Assembly (NCBI GenBank): GCA_020742395.1
Contig: DYWZ01000018.1
Coordinates: forward strand, 19,552 to 83,551
Length of the DNA stretch: 64,000 nucleotides
DNA from: Enterococcus columbae
Lineage (GTDB): Bacteria; Bacillota; Bacilli; Lactobacillales; Enterococcaceae
Reading direction: 5' to 3'
The notes under the pieces are model-generated. The model saw nothing but the letters and a program-made list of their open reading frames with translations. It did not search any database and was not told the origin of the DNA. Of the stretch, positions 62,468 to 64,000 are shown piece by piece. Numbering within the stretch: the stretch's first letter is position 1; each line of letters starts with the position of its first letter. A program made the position numbers and the translations under genes.

Positions 62468-63820
62468 TTAATTTTTAACTGTTTCTTTTTTAAAAGCTAC
62501 GACGATTAACGCTAGCACAAAACCAACAGCTGCTGGTACGACCCAGCCCATTCCTAGATCAAAGAATGGTAAATAATTTTCACCAAAATCAATAATAGCT
62601 TTGGCAAATTTGGCGTCTTTTAATGGACTATTATTAATGCCATCGATTAAAGCAGGGATAAATGTAAAGATCGTCACTATTTTGTAGACTAACGAATGAT
62701 TTTTAAATAAGGGCCCACAGACACCTAAAAATACTAAAACCATCGCTAATGGATATAAAAACATTAGTACAGGAGTGGAGTAGGTAATAATACTTGTTAA
62801 ACCAACATTTGCAAAGATACATGGTAAAATGGCTACCACAGCGATTAACTTGCTATAACTCAATTGAGGGAATAGCTCTGCAAAGGTTTCAGAGAAGGCC
62901 GTGATTAAGCCGATTGACGTCTTTAAGCAGGCGACAATGACAATTAAGGCTAAAATGATACTACCGCCAGTACCTAAATAATAATGTGCGATTTGTGCTA
63001 ATGCAATCCCACCATTTTCACTAATAGCGAATTTACCCACACTCATGGTTCCCATCAAAGATAAGAATGAATAGATAATTCCCATTAAGATAATACTTAC
63101 AGCACCTGATTTGAACATATCCGTAGTAATGGTACTTTTTTTAGTAACACCGCGAGTTTTCAAAGTATTAACTACGATAATCCCAAATGCTAGTGAAGCT
63201 AACACATCTAAGGTATTATAACCATTTTGAAAGCCTGTAAAGAAGGCATTATCTGTGTATGCTTTTTGGGCAGCTATCTCATGAATCCCAGCTAATGGTT
63301 TAACAAAAGCCATGATAATTAAGACCGCTAATAAAACTAAGAACAAAGGATTTAAAAATTTACCGACATAATCAAGTAATTTACTTGGATTACGTGAAAA
63401 CCACCAAGCTAGTAAAAAGAAAATAATACTAAAAATTGCTAAAGCTAATTTGGCTTGATTACTTGGAATAAATGGCGTTAAACCAATTTCAAAAGATGTA
63501 GCAGCTAAACGCGGTAAGGCAAAAAATGGGCCAATTACTAAGTACAATAAGACCGTAAAAAAGTAACCGTAACCTTTATTGACGCGTGAAGCTAGATCAA
63601 AAAGTCCATTCTCGCCAGAAATACCAATGGCAATAATTCCTAAAAAAGGTAAACCAATTCCGGTGATTAAAAAACCAATAATGGCTGGCCAGACATGGGT
63701 ACCTGCTTCTTGTCCCATGTGTACAGGGAAAATTAAGTTACCTGCCCCAAAAAATAAACCGAATAACATCGAACCGATATATAGGTAGTCTTTACCTGTT
63801 AATTTCTTTTCCATCTTCAA
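62468..63820 (-). CDS. brnQ: Branched-chain amino acid:cation symporter
   Basis: [46 protein letters not shown]. Confidence 0.95.
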   Translation of the reverse strand: MKMEKKLTGKDYLYIGSMLFGLFFGAGNLIFPVHMGQEAGTHVWPAIIGFLITGIGLPFLGIIAIGISGENGLFDLASRVNKGYGYFFTVLLYLVIGPFFALPRLAATSFEIGLTPFIPSNQAKLALAIFSIIFFLLAWWFSRNPSKLLDYVGKFLNPLFLVLLAVLIIMAFVKPLAGIHEIAAQKAYTDNAFFTGFQNGYNTLDVLASLAFGIIVVNTLKTRGVTKKSTITTDMFKSGAVSIILMGIIYSFLSLMGTMSVGKFAISENGGIALAQIAHYYLGTGGSIILALIVIVACLKTSIGLITAFSETFAELFPQLSYSKLIAVVAILPCIFANVGLTSIITYSTPVLMFLYPLAMVLVFLGVCGPLFKNHSLVYKIVTIFTFIPALIDGINNSPLKDAKFAKAIIDFGENYLPFFDLGMGWVVPAAVGFVLALIVVAFKKETVKN

Positions 63821-64000
63821 CCTCTTTTCATTATGAATTGTCTAAACTTTATCAAAATTCATGAAAAATGGCAATTAAATTTATTTTAAGAGCATCTATT
63901 TTTAATTTTATTCTAATTGTTTTTAAATTATTTTATCTGATATTAAAGCTGAGGGGATATTTTTTCTCATTTATAAGCGATAAATAAGATTTTGAGAGTT

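Noticed and set aside
63855-63875. CodY-like TTTTCATGAA motif upstream of brnQ
   Set aside because: About four mismatches to consensus; no T-box leader visible in the available 180 bp

Overview
Chromosomal segment of a low-GC Firmicute, most likely an Enterococcus. The proteins and gene order are enterococcal; the species cannot be determined from the window. The core backbone runs pbp2a, ylbF/yheA-like, yhaO-yhaN-yhaM, prsA, ytxH, hit, VOC, serine hydrolase, manA, usp, DHFR, cfa, menI/menBEFDHC, malR-maltose phosphorylase, gatD-murT, signal peptidase, tdk-prfA-prmC-tsaC, osmoprotectant ABC, glyA-upp, tRNA-Thr(CGT), ruvAB, brnQ. The main accessory element is a ~10 kb AT-rich quorum-sensing bacteriocin island (1.5-11.5 kb). 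Several of its peptide genes are too short or broken to appear in the ORF track. It carries an EntF-like pheromone with histidine kinase and LytTR regulator, a lactacin F-like two-peptide pair that looks doubly inactivated, a second cationic double-glycine peptide, and a streptococcal ComAB/BlpAB-like exporter with a thioredoxin-like accessory protein. It also holds a decayed brochocin-like frame, an immunity+bacteriocin mini-cassette bracketed by a perfect 31-bp inverted repeat, a duplicated two-way promoter module and a group IIC intron 5' remnant. Elsewhere: a truncated IS200/IS605 tnpB with an intact right end/omegaRNA inserted in a deleted aldo-keto reductase, a cadC-cadA cassette, a DnaA-box cluster before tsaC, a homopolymer-frameshifted secreted CAP protein, twin small ORFs with an identical 5' end, and about nine pseudogenes or remnants. 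No CRISPR array or rRNA was seen. All family assignments come from motif recognition and recalled sequences; no database search was run.
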